DNA from: Lama guanicoe
Lineage: Eukaryota
Length of the DNA: 64,000 nucleotides
NCBI GenBank assembly: GCA_013239625.1
Contig: MU054120.1
Location: 372,001-436,000, forward strand
Reading direction: 5' to 3'
Shown: positions 52,842 to 64,000 of the stretch, piece after piece
How the letters are laid out: every line of letters starts with the position of its first letter
How positions within the stretch are numbered: the first letter of the stretch is position 1
Translations under genes and position numbers: made by a program
The notes under the pieces: generated by a model
Told to the model about the DNA's origin: nothing
Databases searched by the model: none
The model's input: the letters and a program-made list of their open reading frames with translations, nothing else

Positions 52842-53859
52842 TGGACAGGGGCCACTTTCAGATCTCTCCTGGGAAACACCTGAGGTTTTGAACCAACACA
52901 CCTACATCCCAGTGAGGCCATGGATCTCCTTTTTAGTATCTACTGTAAGCAATTTTCCTCTTTACCTTTGTTATCATTTATATGTTATTTTACTAAATAT
53001 TTTCATTGGGTGAAGAGAGCATTTCCTAAATAAGGGAATGATCTTTAATTATCACTGTGAAATTGTGCTATAATTAGCCTGGAGATCACACAGAACCTTG
53101 ATTTCCTTTAATAAGAACATGAATACCTACTATGTTCATGCTATCAGTTGTCAACAAATTAGATTACCGTCTCCTGCTGATGAACAGCAATGTCCTCTAC
53201 AGGACTGTCATTATCTTATCAGAAGTCAAGGATTTATGTGAGTGAACCAGTGTAACATTAAATGCGTTTGTTGTACAACATGCTAAACTTGATAATCCTG
53301 GCTGAAAGATAAGTATTTGGTGGTCTACATCTCTCTTAATAAGCGTTGTCAAATTTCTATTAAAAAGCACATATAAGGCCTTTGAAACAGTTTACATTTG
53401 AATTGAAATACGCACACTGTAACAGCTGGAACAACCCCCAAAAGTCAGTTTCCTCCAGACGGAAGAACAGAAAATCGCTTACCAAGAAGATACCAGAGTG
53501 AACAGATGATAGTCAAAGATCTAGCTCACTGATTGTAAGCACTGTTTTAGAAGTCGCATTCCTGCACGCTCCCTGTAGCATTGTCATATTCAGACTTTTT
53601 CATGAACTACACATGTGTTGCTACAGGAAGGCAAAAGTAATTTGATGTCCTGCTGTTTCACATTCAAGTTTGATATAGATGGGGATACGGAAATTTTATA
53701 GCGTAAAGACAATTTGCTGCTTCTATCACAGCTGTCTTCATCAGTATGAGTCTTGATGTTAACACCTTCAGCTTCCTTTAGGATATATGACAAGTTCATT
53801 GAAAGATATGATATAAAAGGTAGAAATCATATTATATAAGTAACAGCAGATATGACAGT

Positions 53860-54685
53860 TTCTTGTTGTTTATCTATTTTATGTATAGTAGTTTGTATCT
53901 GCTAATCCCAAATTTATTCCTAACCCCCCTTTCCCCTTTGGTTACCATAAATTTGTGTTCTATATCTGTGAGTCTCTTTCTGTTTTGTAAATAAGTTCAT
54001 ATGTGTCATTTTTTTTAGATCTTACATGTAAGTGATATCATATGGTATTTTTCTTTCTCTATCTGACTTACTTCACTTAGCATGATAAATCTCTAGGACC
54101 ATCCATGCTCTGCAAATGGCATTATTTCATTTTTCTTGGCTGAGTAGTATTCCATATATATATATATATATATATATATTCCACATCTTTATCCAATCAT
54201 CTGTCATTGGGCATTTAGGTTGCTTCCATGTCTTGGCTATTGTAAATAGTGCTGGTGTGAACACTGAGGTGCATGTATCTTTTCGAACTGGAGTCTTCTC
54301 TGGATGTATGGCCAGGAGTGGGATTGCAGAATCAAATGGTAACTCTATTTTTAGTTTTTAAAGAAATTTCTATACTGTTTTCCATAATGGCTGCAACAAT
54401 TGCATTCCCACCAACAGTGTAGGAGGGTTCTCTTTTCTCCACAGCCTCTCCAGCATTTATCGTTTGGACTTTTTAATGATGGCCATTCTGACTGGTGTGA
54501 AGTGATATCTAATTGTAGTTTTGATTTGCATTCTCTGATAATTAGTGAGCATTTTTTCATGTGCCTATTGGCCATCGGTATGTCTTATGTCTTCATTGGA
54601 GAAATAACCTGTTTAGGTCTTCAGCTGATTTTTTGATTGGGTTGTTTTTTGCTTTTGTTTTTGTTATTGAGTTGTATGAACTGCA
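53860..54685 (-). mobile_element. L1 fragment (ORF2 C-terminus plus part of 3'UTR) with (TA)n
   Basis: MANRHMKKCSLIIRE..KCWRGCGEKRTLLHCWWEC (ORF2 cysteine-rich domain). Confidence 0.9.
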
Positions 54686-55082
54686 CCTGTTTTAATTGGT
54701 TGCACAGCCTGGCTCTTTTATCTTGAGTAGCAGATTATTTTAGACCTAGCTCTCCCCCGACTAAACTTTTCCCTGAGCTTCCTTGAAATCAAGACACTTT
54801 GTGCATTACTTGTTGATTTATAACCTGAAAACAGAGGACATTCTGTGTGACTGTGAAAGGATCCTGGGGGCTGGAAGCCTTGGATGATTGCCTTGTGCTT
54901 TCTTCTGTTGTACCGTATCCTTTAAACAAAGGTTTATGTAAGTACACCTGGAGGAGTTTTGTGTGTTTTTCAGTCATCTGATCACGTTTAATCAGTGCAA
55001 ACACACACTCTGTAGGGTTTTTTATGGAAAGAAAAAGTAAAAGCCCACAGAACTACTTTTCCAATCACTGACATTTGGAATA

Positions 55083-55550
55083 CAGGCATATATCAGAGAT
55101 ACCGTAGGTTTGGATCCAGATCACTGTGATGATGTGAGTCACACAAATTTTTTGGTTTCCCAATACATATAAATTTATGTTTACACTATATTGTAGTCTA
55201 TTAATAGCATTATGTGTAAAAAAATCTACATACCTTAATTTAAAAATGCTAAAAAATGCTAACATTCATGTGAGCCTTCAGCAAGTCCTACTCTTTTTCC
55301 AGTAGTAACATCAAAGAGCACTGATCACCGATCACCGTAACAAGCAGAATAGGAATGAAAAAGTTTGAAATATGGCAAGAATAAACAAAATGTGACTTAG
55401 AGACAGAAAGTCAGAAAAAATGCTGTTGGAGAAATGGTGCTGATAGACTTGCTCAAAGCAAGGTTGCCACAAACCTTCAATTTGTTTGAAAAAAAAAAGT
55501 ATCTGCAAAGAGCAATAAAGTGAAGCCCAGTAGAACAATGTATGCATTAG
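55083..55550 (-). mobile_element. Internally deleted Tigger1-derived MITE
   Basis: Both ends match the ends of the 33860-35932 element (caggcatatatcagagatac..; agtaacatcaaagagcactgatcacc..ggttgccacaaaccttcaattt). No transposase in between. Confidence 0.88.
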
Positions 55551-55764
55551 TCACTTACGTATGAACGCTGACATCAAAAGCTTTTTTTTACTTTAAAGAA
55601 CAGTGGTTTTCTTGGCAGACTATATTTCCCTCTCACTTTGCATTTTTGATATTCACAGAATGACAGTTTTATCATGATTTTTCAAATTAAACACACAAAC
55701 ACTTGCACACATTTGAATAACTTAGCATATATATTAAAATAGTGTGTATCTGTGATATATGTGA

Positions 55765-55945
55765 TATAGCGGTTTCTGGGGTCAGAATCCTAGTTCTGAT
55801 ATTTACAAGATGTGAAATCTTAGTCACTTTGTGTTGTCTATCTGCCTCAGTTTACTCATCTGTAAAATGTGCAGAGTAGCAGTAGTCGATTAAATCAGTC
55901 CATGCATGTCTCATAATAACAGTTACTTAGTGCTAGCTATTATTG
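55765..55945 (+). mobile_element. MIR SINE
   Basis: tgcctcagtttactcatctgtaaaatg core. Confidence 0.8.
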
Positions 55946-56490
55946 TGGTAATTATTGATTTTATTGCTATGACTACAAAAGGTATCAAATGGACAAAAAT
56001 ATATTGAACAGGAATTGGAACTATTCTCCCTAAATTAGAGATTTTACACACTAGGAGTAAGTTTTAGAACCATGTGATGCTGATTTTTTCATATTTGTAT
56101 TTAACAGTTTCAAGTTCATTATCCTAATGATAGCACAAAAGCAAGCATATAAATATATTTTTTTCAGTTGTGAACCTCCTTGTTCCTTGATCATGTAGAA
56201 TTCTGTTTGATAAAGAATGCTGTGAACTATAATGTATTGTGCAAAGGTTAGTGTTACTATTAATTTGAGTCTAGTTCTTGGTTTCAGTAAAAAATGATGC
56301 TCTATTAAGAACTAGTTATCTTATACAGCACATAATTTGAGAAGAGCAAAGATGTGTGAACAGTGCTGAAACTACTGCAATGTGATAATCACCGAGCCTG
56401 GACTGGTTCAACATCGTGATGTTTCGATTTCTTGATAAATCAATCTCTAAGGTTCAGTTCATTCACAGTGTGAGGATACTTACCTGTTCA

Positions 56491-56660
56491 AAGTACATCA
56501 CTTTTGTCCTGCAGTTTTCTTATTGACTTCCTGTCAGGGTTTGCATTGATTTTAAAGTTTTATTGTTGACATTTAAAGCACTTAATGGCCTGATACCTTC
56601 TTATATTAATGATTTGCTTATCCCTATGGGACAAGAATAAATTTTGAGATCTGCTAGCTG
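56491..56660 (+). mobile_element. Ancient L2-clade LINE fragment (RT C-terminal region)
   Basis: Single frame KYITFVLQFSY*LPVRVCIDFKVLLLTFKALNGLIPSYINDLLIPMGQE*ILRSA matches the L2-clade motif HITPVL.SLHWLPV..RIDFKILLLTFKALNGLAPSYL.DLL..Y...R.LRS. Confidence 0.8.
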
Positions 56661-57311
56661 GATGTCAGTCTTAAATGTCACCTTGAGATTCAGAGTGCAA
56701 AGGCTTTTTATCTTTTACTCATGTTCTTTTTGAGATCAGATAAGACGTTAGAAAGAAAATAACATATCTTTTCTAAAGGTCAGTGGGGCTTTATGGAACA
56801 ATATATCAAGAATTTGATTTATCAAATTATGTATGTTTTCAAATTCTTAAATAAGATCTGTAACAGACCAAATCCCTCAAAAATGTTACAATAAATAGTT
56901 AAGTCTATGAAGTGTGGAAATTATTAAAATAATATTCTTAGATTATTTTTAAACTTGGGAAATAAATGGTATGTTCCTGAGTGACAGAATATTTTATTTG
57001 TTCTCATCTATGACAGCAAGAATTGCAATTTTATTTATTTATTTATTTTTCAGTCTCTTAGATTTCTGTAATTTTTTTTTGTTTGCACCCTTCTAAAACA
57101 ACTAAAACCACTGTGTTAACACCTACATTCTTTTCCAAATACAGAATCCTAAACAAAAATGGTCACAGGTTCCATAGCTAGGATTTAGTCAATGCCACGT
57201 ACAGACAGAATATTACTTACTGGATTTTATATACTGCTTACTGCTATTATTATGTTCCATCGTCCTATTCTTAAATTCTGTGAATGATACATTCCATACT
57301 CTTTTTATTGG

Positions 57312-57480
57312 ATTTTTATTGAAGTATAGTTGATGTACAATATTATATGTTAATAGGTGTACAACATAGTGATTCATAATTTTTAAGGTTATACTCCACT
57401 TATAGTTATTACAAAATATTGGCTATATTCACTAAATCATATTCTTACAGTTTATTTGTTTAATACATAATAGTTTGTAA
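57312..57480 (-). mobile_element. Short L1 3'-end fragment
   Basis: tttttattgaagtatagttgatgtacaatattat..gtgtacaacatagtgattc. Confidence 0.8.
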
Positions 57481-60046
57481 TTTTATTTTTAAAGTCAATC
57501 TCTTAAGGTACAGGTTTTTAATGTTCTAAGATTTATGATAAATTTTATGAATGGAAAACTTTAAAATCTTTTACAATTAATTACAAATAATCTTTCTGGA
57601 TTTAATGTTTCATTATGTGGACTGCATTATGCTATGTGTTTGTGTTAGATAGCTTTGGTTAATGATTATGCCAAGAGCAAGCTAGTTTGAGGGGAAGAAA
57701 AAAACTGTTTCATGTGAGTGTAAAGCATTAAAACATAATAGAAAACGAACTGTTTATAACTGCGTGTAGTCATATAGTATATAAAAACATGTAGTATTAG
57801 TGATGCAGGCAAACCAATTTTCACGTCCTTGTATAAACTACAAAAGAAATCTCCCTTATCTGCCGCGTACTTACCTGCTTATCCACCTGTTAGTTTTGTA
57901 TCTCAGTCCAATGCCTTTTCTGTCGTTTGCCGTATTGACAGTTGATACCAGATAACTTACTATATATCTAACCCTCTGCACGTAAGATATAATCTTGAAA
58001 ATGGCGTGCTAGATAAGTGTGACAAAGTACCGTAATGTTACCGTGTTTGTTTTCTATGAAGGAATGTTTTGCCTATGAAAGCAGCCTGACTTAGGTCTCC
58101 CTCCTGCTCTGCCCTCTCTCACACATCCCGTCTTCCTTTCTGTAGCTATGTAATGGGATTCCTTCTTGGGCTTATGCGGCAAAAGAAAAACTTTGAAACT
58201 TCTTAATGTGGAGAAAATAAATCAAATGCCCACCCTTGAACATTTTAGGTGAGGCCCTTTGCTGCTATCCCAAATCAAAACACGTCAAGTGAAAGGTGTT
58301 TTGGGTAAAAGAGATTCTTAAACTGTATGTAACCATAAACCCCCCAGTATACATGTTTTTATTATTGGGGATTTAATTTCTGTTTTTTCATAATATGAAT
58401 GATTTGATTTGTAAAACAGTGGGTTAGCCATTATTTTACACAATTCATGGTAAAATTTTATTTTGCAAATAAATTCTATAGTATATAAGGAAATACATGT
58501 CTAACACATCTGATACTTTGGAATTCATTGTCACTGAGAAATTTACTAAGAATCCACTCCATGACAAAATATGTAAAATCCAAATGAATTATATTGTTGA
58601 TGCTGAGTTAATGATGATATTCACAATTTTATGAATAAATCCCTAAGCAGAGGAAATACTGAAAATTTGATTTTTACCAGCTTCTTCCTTACTTTAAAAT
58701 GTAATCCATGGGCTCAGCTATATAATTCAGTTTTTTAAAAACTTTAATAATCAAGAATATATTATAAATATTAATGCAATGTGCAACATATTTTGACCTT
58801 TGACTTCCTGTAATTACTCATTTTAGCTGCCTCAACATTCTCATTTTGTCTGCCCTCCTTGGAGGGCAATTTCTTTTTCTATATTCTAAAATTATTCTTA
58901 TTATGTTTGCTGTTGGATTCATTTGTCTATTGAGCTTGCAGTTGTATTCATCAGATTATTAGTTCTGGTTTATTTAAACAATGTAAAATTGTAGATATTT
59001 GATAGATGTTGACCAATGGATATGTTATTTCGAGATTTAAAAAAAAAAAAGTGACTGTGTACCAAAAAGACAGATTTTTAAAAAGCCTTTAGTATTTGAT
59101 GAGTGACCAACCTTAAAAAAACTTTTCCTGTGTTAAAATGATGTATTATATAATACATAATAAAGAGAAATGTTCTTAAAATGTTATTGAATCAGATTAA
59201 TTTATAGATTATCATTTATAATTACAGTATAAAATTTATTCTCTATGATGTACAATACCCCTGTTCTAAGGTTCACATTTTGTCCACCTTTTCCCAGCAG
59301 CATATGACTGGGACTCAATACTTTTTAGAACACAGCTAAGAAATTTAAATCTCAGCCTTGAGATTTTCTACAGTTTGTATAGTATACTGTCAGATCTTGC
59401 GGTAGAAACAGATTTTGTTGTTTCCCATCTTAATTTCTGACCCACAAATAGAGTGTTTGCTATCAAAACTCTCCAGTAGTAATTTCTTATGAAATTCAAG
59501 TGTTTTGCGAATTATCTAGATATATGGCTTCTCTGGGGAAAATTCTTCAGGCTTCCATAACTGCACCTAATCAGTTTCTAGGTTTTCCATAACCATCGAC
59601 CATATTAGGGGCAACTGGCTTTTTCTGAGGCATCATTGCAGTCATCAGAATGGATCGTATACATGTAGGTGTTAAGAACCTTAAACCTATTTGGTTCTTA
59701 AATAGGCATTCTAGACAGAAACAAATAAGTTTATTATAAAAATAAATGTATAAGTTGTTTTACCAAAGATCTGGGTTAAGCTGCATACCCGTGTATTCTA
59801 CTTCTAAAGCAAAGTATATGAATGACTCTGAGAACAATGAATCGTCTCAGAAGCTGGTAAGGTTAAGCTCTTGAAGTGTACGAATGGGAGGGGCTGTGTC
59901 TATTAATTTCATGTCAATTTGTCTTTTTTTTATTTCCAATTTTGTTTTTATTGCTTCCTGTGCTAACTGAAGTAACTGTTATCACTATATCCATCATTCC
60001 TCTCTCCACACACTGATGTCCAGTTATTAATATTACAGGCTTTGTT

Positions 60047-63000
60047 TTTTTGTGTGTGTGCAGGATTTAATAAAAAATGAACAAAAATGGGAATGGCTGC
60101 TTTCAACATTTTTCAGGTTGTGACCTGTTTACCATGATTATCTGGGGTGTGGTTCTAAGCTGACCGTTAGTGGAATAAATACAAAATGCTGTCCTTCTCC
60201 GAAGCCCAGAGGTGGTTAAGTCCAGGCCATGAGCCATGGCCATCGGCCAGCTCCCTCCTACCCCTGCAGCCTAGCAAGCTCTCAGTGCCAGGACTGGTCG
60301 CTTGTCCTCACCCAACGTGACCCGCCTGGCCCGGCCCCACGTGCACCCAGCGAGGCAGAGCTAGCTCATCGACAGGCTGCTGGGCCTTAATACTGACAGT
60401 AAATGCGGCGGCACATCGGAGAGGGTGCTGACGGAGTGCGGGGAGTGGCGGACAGCCCAGCCAGTCTTTGCATCAGGACCCACGGTTCACAAGGACAATG
60501 ACCACCACGAGGATGACAGTGAGAGAGCCGGTGCAGGCGGGCAGTGGTGCTGGGTGCTGTCACTGGCCGGAGGTCGATCAGGTTGAGCGGAACGGCTAGT
60601 CTTGCTCCAAGTCCCTGGTTTCAAAGAGCTTCAGATGATCTTGCACTGTCAGGCCCTCCTTCAGACCACGACAGGGGACCTGGCAGCGGGCGTTTCGGTT
60701 ATCCCATGAGACCTGCTCAGTTACGAACTTGGACATGATGCTTCTGAGTTGCCGGCTGACACAGGATCAGTCTTTCTTCAAGAAGTTGGGGTTGCTTTTA
60801 GATTTCATTATATTGTACCCCAACATGGGGGTGCTCTCCGGGGACCAGTCCTCCAGCGCTCCCGGGGCAGCTTTCAGCTGCTCCTTCAGCCTGCTGATGT
60901 CACAGTCAGCCTTCGCCCTCACGATGCTCAGCTCCGTGCAGATGTCTTTGTACTTGTCACTGGCATACTTCTTGTCCCGTAACGCTGTCTGTAGCTGTCT
61001 GTAGCTCATCCTTGAGGGAACTGATCTCCCTTTTTAGGTACTATATTTCTGACTCCTTGACCCGCAGTAAGACCTCTGACTCATAGGCGTCCTTGCCCTG
61101 CGTGAGGGGCGAGCCAGCGGCCTCGCCACCAGCCTCCCCAGTCAGCAGCGTCTGTAACCGTGAGATCTCTGCAGCCAGGCGGCTGTTCAGCTCCTGATTG
61201 TGGGTGTCGAGCTCCTGGTTCTTGTGTTAGTACTGCCGCAAGGCCTCCAGCACCTGGGCCAGGTGGGCGTTCTCCAGGCACTTGTGGGAGTCCTGCTGGG
61301 AGAGGACCCCCAGCTCGCGCTGCACTGACTGCAGCTCCTCCAGGTGCTGAGGCTGCTGACCCGGGACTGCTGGCTCTTGTCCAGCTCCCGCTGCAGCTCC
61401 TCACGGTGGGTGTCCTTCGTTGCTCCAGTGGCTGAGATACGGTCTACTCAGCCAGGAGGTGGCATTTTCTCCAATTCCCACTGGTGCTGCCTCTGAAGGC
61501 CTTCAAACTTCTGGTGCATTTCTTCCATGGCTGCAAACCCTTGCTCACACGTGGCCTGCAGCACGCTCTGCTCCCAGGCGCTCTGCTCCTGGCCCAGAGC
61601 CACCTCAGCTGGTCCTGCAGCAGCCAGTTCTGCTCCAGGAGGTCCGAGGCCTCCTCCTGGCTCTGCTCCAACTCCTCCTCCAGCAGGGAAGTCAGCTGGT
61701 GAGTGGAGAGCAGATCATGTCCATCCTTGGAGAACAGGTGCAGGGAGGCGATGGGCACCTGCTTTTCTTCCCAGAGAGGGGTGGTCTCCACCTCATGCCA
61801 CCGCTGCTCCATCTCCATGTGCACATCCTGTGTCCTGAGGTCAGCAGCTGCGGTTGGCCCCGAACCCCGGATCGACCTCCATGCGCAGGGCTGAGGAGCC
61901 CCGTGCCCGGCCTGTCAGCCGCACTGAGAGCCCGGAAGCTGTTCTGGCATTCCTCCTGCCCGTGCACCCGCTCCTGCTCCCGCTTGCCCTGCTCTGCCTC
62001 AGGGTGGGGGTTGGCGGGCCAGGGCCTGCTGGATGGGGCCGAACTCTGCCCAGTCGAAGGTCTTGGAGTGCCCCTCCCACCTCCGCTCCCGAGCCCAGCT
62101 CCTCTTCTGCTGTGGGGTCTGGCTCTGTGAGCTCTGCCTCCTGCTCCAAGGGCAGCCTCGGGTCTCCAAGGTGTGCACTGCTCTGGTGTTCCTCCAATGG
62201 CAACGAGCTGGTCACCTCCAGTGCGGAGGTCAGGCGGACATGTTTCATGATGGTCTGGATCCAGTTCCACCAGATTCCAGACGTCACAGCGGAGAGGGTG
62301 AAGGTGTGGATCTGAAAGCCCTGGTTCCTCTGCACCGGTACTCAGTGATGTCCTAACGTGTGGACAAGTCGATTTCCCAGTCCAGGCCAGCCGCCGCCTC
62401 AGCACAGAATCCCTGTAGTGTTTCAGGCTGTGATCAGCAAGCACAAACCTGTGTTTCTTCCACTGGCCATCCTCATACTGTTTGGTCAGCCAGCCTTTCT
62501 TGAAATTCAGCAGGTTGCTCATCAGGGAGGACTCTGTCGACCTCCTTTCCAGGGACTTGGCTCTTTGGTGGGGAGATGGGGAAGCCTAGGCGTCCGGCAG
62601 AGGAGCATCCCTGGGGAGGTCCCGCTTCCTGGGGCAGGGGCGGTGCCCTCTTCTTGTGGAGGCCCTGGCAAGTGTTTCTGGATGGTGAGGACCCAGCCAA
62701 TGAGTTAGTCTTCATGTCCTCTGCCTTCTCGATTGATGTCCAGGGCCTCAAACTTCTCAGTGACCTGGGACACCCTGATGTTGGGGGTGCTGGGGCTGGG
62801 AAGGGAGAGCTGAGGGGGCAGCTGCTGCTCCTCGGCCTTCACATCCTGCTTGGTCTTCTTTAGGGAGAAGTATTCGCTCTGCGCCGGACTTTACGACCAG
62901 CCCATGTGGTCGCCGCCTGGGGCGCTCTCCTTGTCTCTGCTCTCCAGCCCGGGCTCCCTCCGGGTGCCAGCAGCAGGGAGCTGGCTCTGGCTAGGACTCT

Positions 63001-63745
63001 CAGCTGGACTCAGGTCGCTGCCATCTGGCCAGTCCTTGGCCCTCATTGCTTCCTGCCAGAGTGTAGACCTGGTGGTGGGGACTTTCTCAGCACTGGGGAA
63101 GCTGCTGCCGCTGGTGACAGCCATCTGCTGGCCATGGCTCCTGTCAGGTAGGAGGCTCCACCTTCCGCTGCTTCTGGTTCCGTTTGTTGGTCCTGGGATA
63201 GACCGTGAGCATCTCCAACCACCTGCTGATGATCTCCTTGGCTGGGATGAACTGTTCCTTCTCGGGGTTCAGAATGCACAGGGAGAACTTCTGGCCCGTT
63301 CAGCCCTCCCGGTCCACCATGTCCATGCGCTGTTCATGTTGACGGTGCCCTGAGGGAGGGTTGTGGGCATCTCATCCAGGGCATAGCGCAAGAGGCCCTG
63401 CTCCTAGAGGATGCAGAACTGGCGCTGCCGTTTCTGGGATCGGACCCGCCAGCCGCCATAGATGGGTTTTGCCTGCGTCAGGTCCTGGTTGGTGAGCAGA
63501 TGTGACTCGCGGGGCTTGAAGCAGTTCTGGTGATACTTGTTCTTGTTTAAGAAGTTGGCCTGGAATTTCCAGCACGGGTTCTCCTTGGCCGCCAACATGG
63601 CCGGGCTCAGGCTCAGGCCGGGCGCTGCTGCATCCCTGGCCCCTGCCTCCAGCTGGCACGCAGGCCGGGGCCCATGGACACGGCCTCGCGCACCCGCCCC
63701 GCTGCGGCCTCTGGGCGCCGCCCTTGCAGCAGAGGGGAGCGGAGC
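60047..63745 (-). pseudogene. MPRIP: Processed (intronless) pseudogene of myosin phosphatase Rho-interacting protein, with 5'UTR, whole disrupted CDS (ATG at 63598) and about 0.55 kb 3'UTR
   Basis: Minus-strand translations match MPRIP/p116Rip end to end: [74 protein letters not shown] (PH2); [73 protein letters not shown]. No introns. Many stops and frameshifts (first TAG at 63404). ATTAAA at 60066-60071 (minus), remnant A tail, and direct repeat caggctttgtt at 60036-60046 and 63746-63756. Confidence 0.96.
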
Positions 63746-64000
63746 CAGGCTTTGTTCTTGACTCACACATTCTCCTGCAAGGTTGGAAAGGGCAAGTTCA
63801 TCTGTGGTCCGCAGTCATGGTCCTGCTTCCCTGCTCTGTCCCCCACCCTCAGCCTCATGATCAGCCCCAGGATTCCGCACTGCTGTTTTCAACATTAGAG
63901 GATAGTTTTCTGTGTTTTTCGCTCATTTGGTCAATACTAAAGAAACAGCTCTGAATTGGCTACAGCTTTTTTAAGGCTCTGAAAAAGTATATTTTTATGT

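Noticed and set aside
60544..63954. Long plus-strand ORFs (e.g. 61420-62130) and the 276-aa minus ORF 61692-62522 as functional retrogene products
   Set aside because: They are antisense shadows or frameshift chimeras of the GC-rich MPRIP CDS. The authentic frame stops after 64 codons.
1..64000. CRISPR arrays, tRNA, rRNA or snRNA genes, or prokaryote-type systems
   Set aside because: The sequence is mammalian genomic DNA. I saw no regularly spaced repeat-spacer array and no recognisable structural RNA gene.

Overview
Mammalian non-coding genomic DNA, rich in repeats. The young LINE-1 3' ends and the lack of recognisable Alu, B1, Bov-tA or PRE1 SINEs suggest a cetartiodactyl, possibly a camelid; this is inference. 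No intact protein-coding gene lies in the window, and most ORF-track entries are chance frames or repeat remnants. Main contents: (1) a CpG-island promoter at about 13.3-14.6 kb with a probable non-coding first exon on the minus strand (14401->14103, (CGG)8 in the leader) and small candidate downstream exons at 12455-12471 and 377-405; the gene was not identified. (2) A full-length, TSD-flanked processed pseudogene of MPRIP on the minus strand (60047-63745). (3) Two independent TSD-flanked 'half-L1' insertions that keep the 5'UTR and ORF1 but lack almost all of ORF2 (20735-23676 and 46590-49610). The first carries one 3' transduction. The second appears to carry a chain of three successive polyadenylated 3' segments. 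(4) A near full-length Tigger1 plus a Tigger1-derived MITE, an ERV-L provirus remnant, solo LTRs, MIR/L2/old L1 fragments, and an ancient L2-clade RT C-terminal fragment that has stayed in frame (56491-56660).
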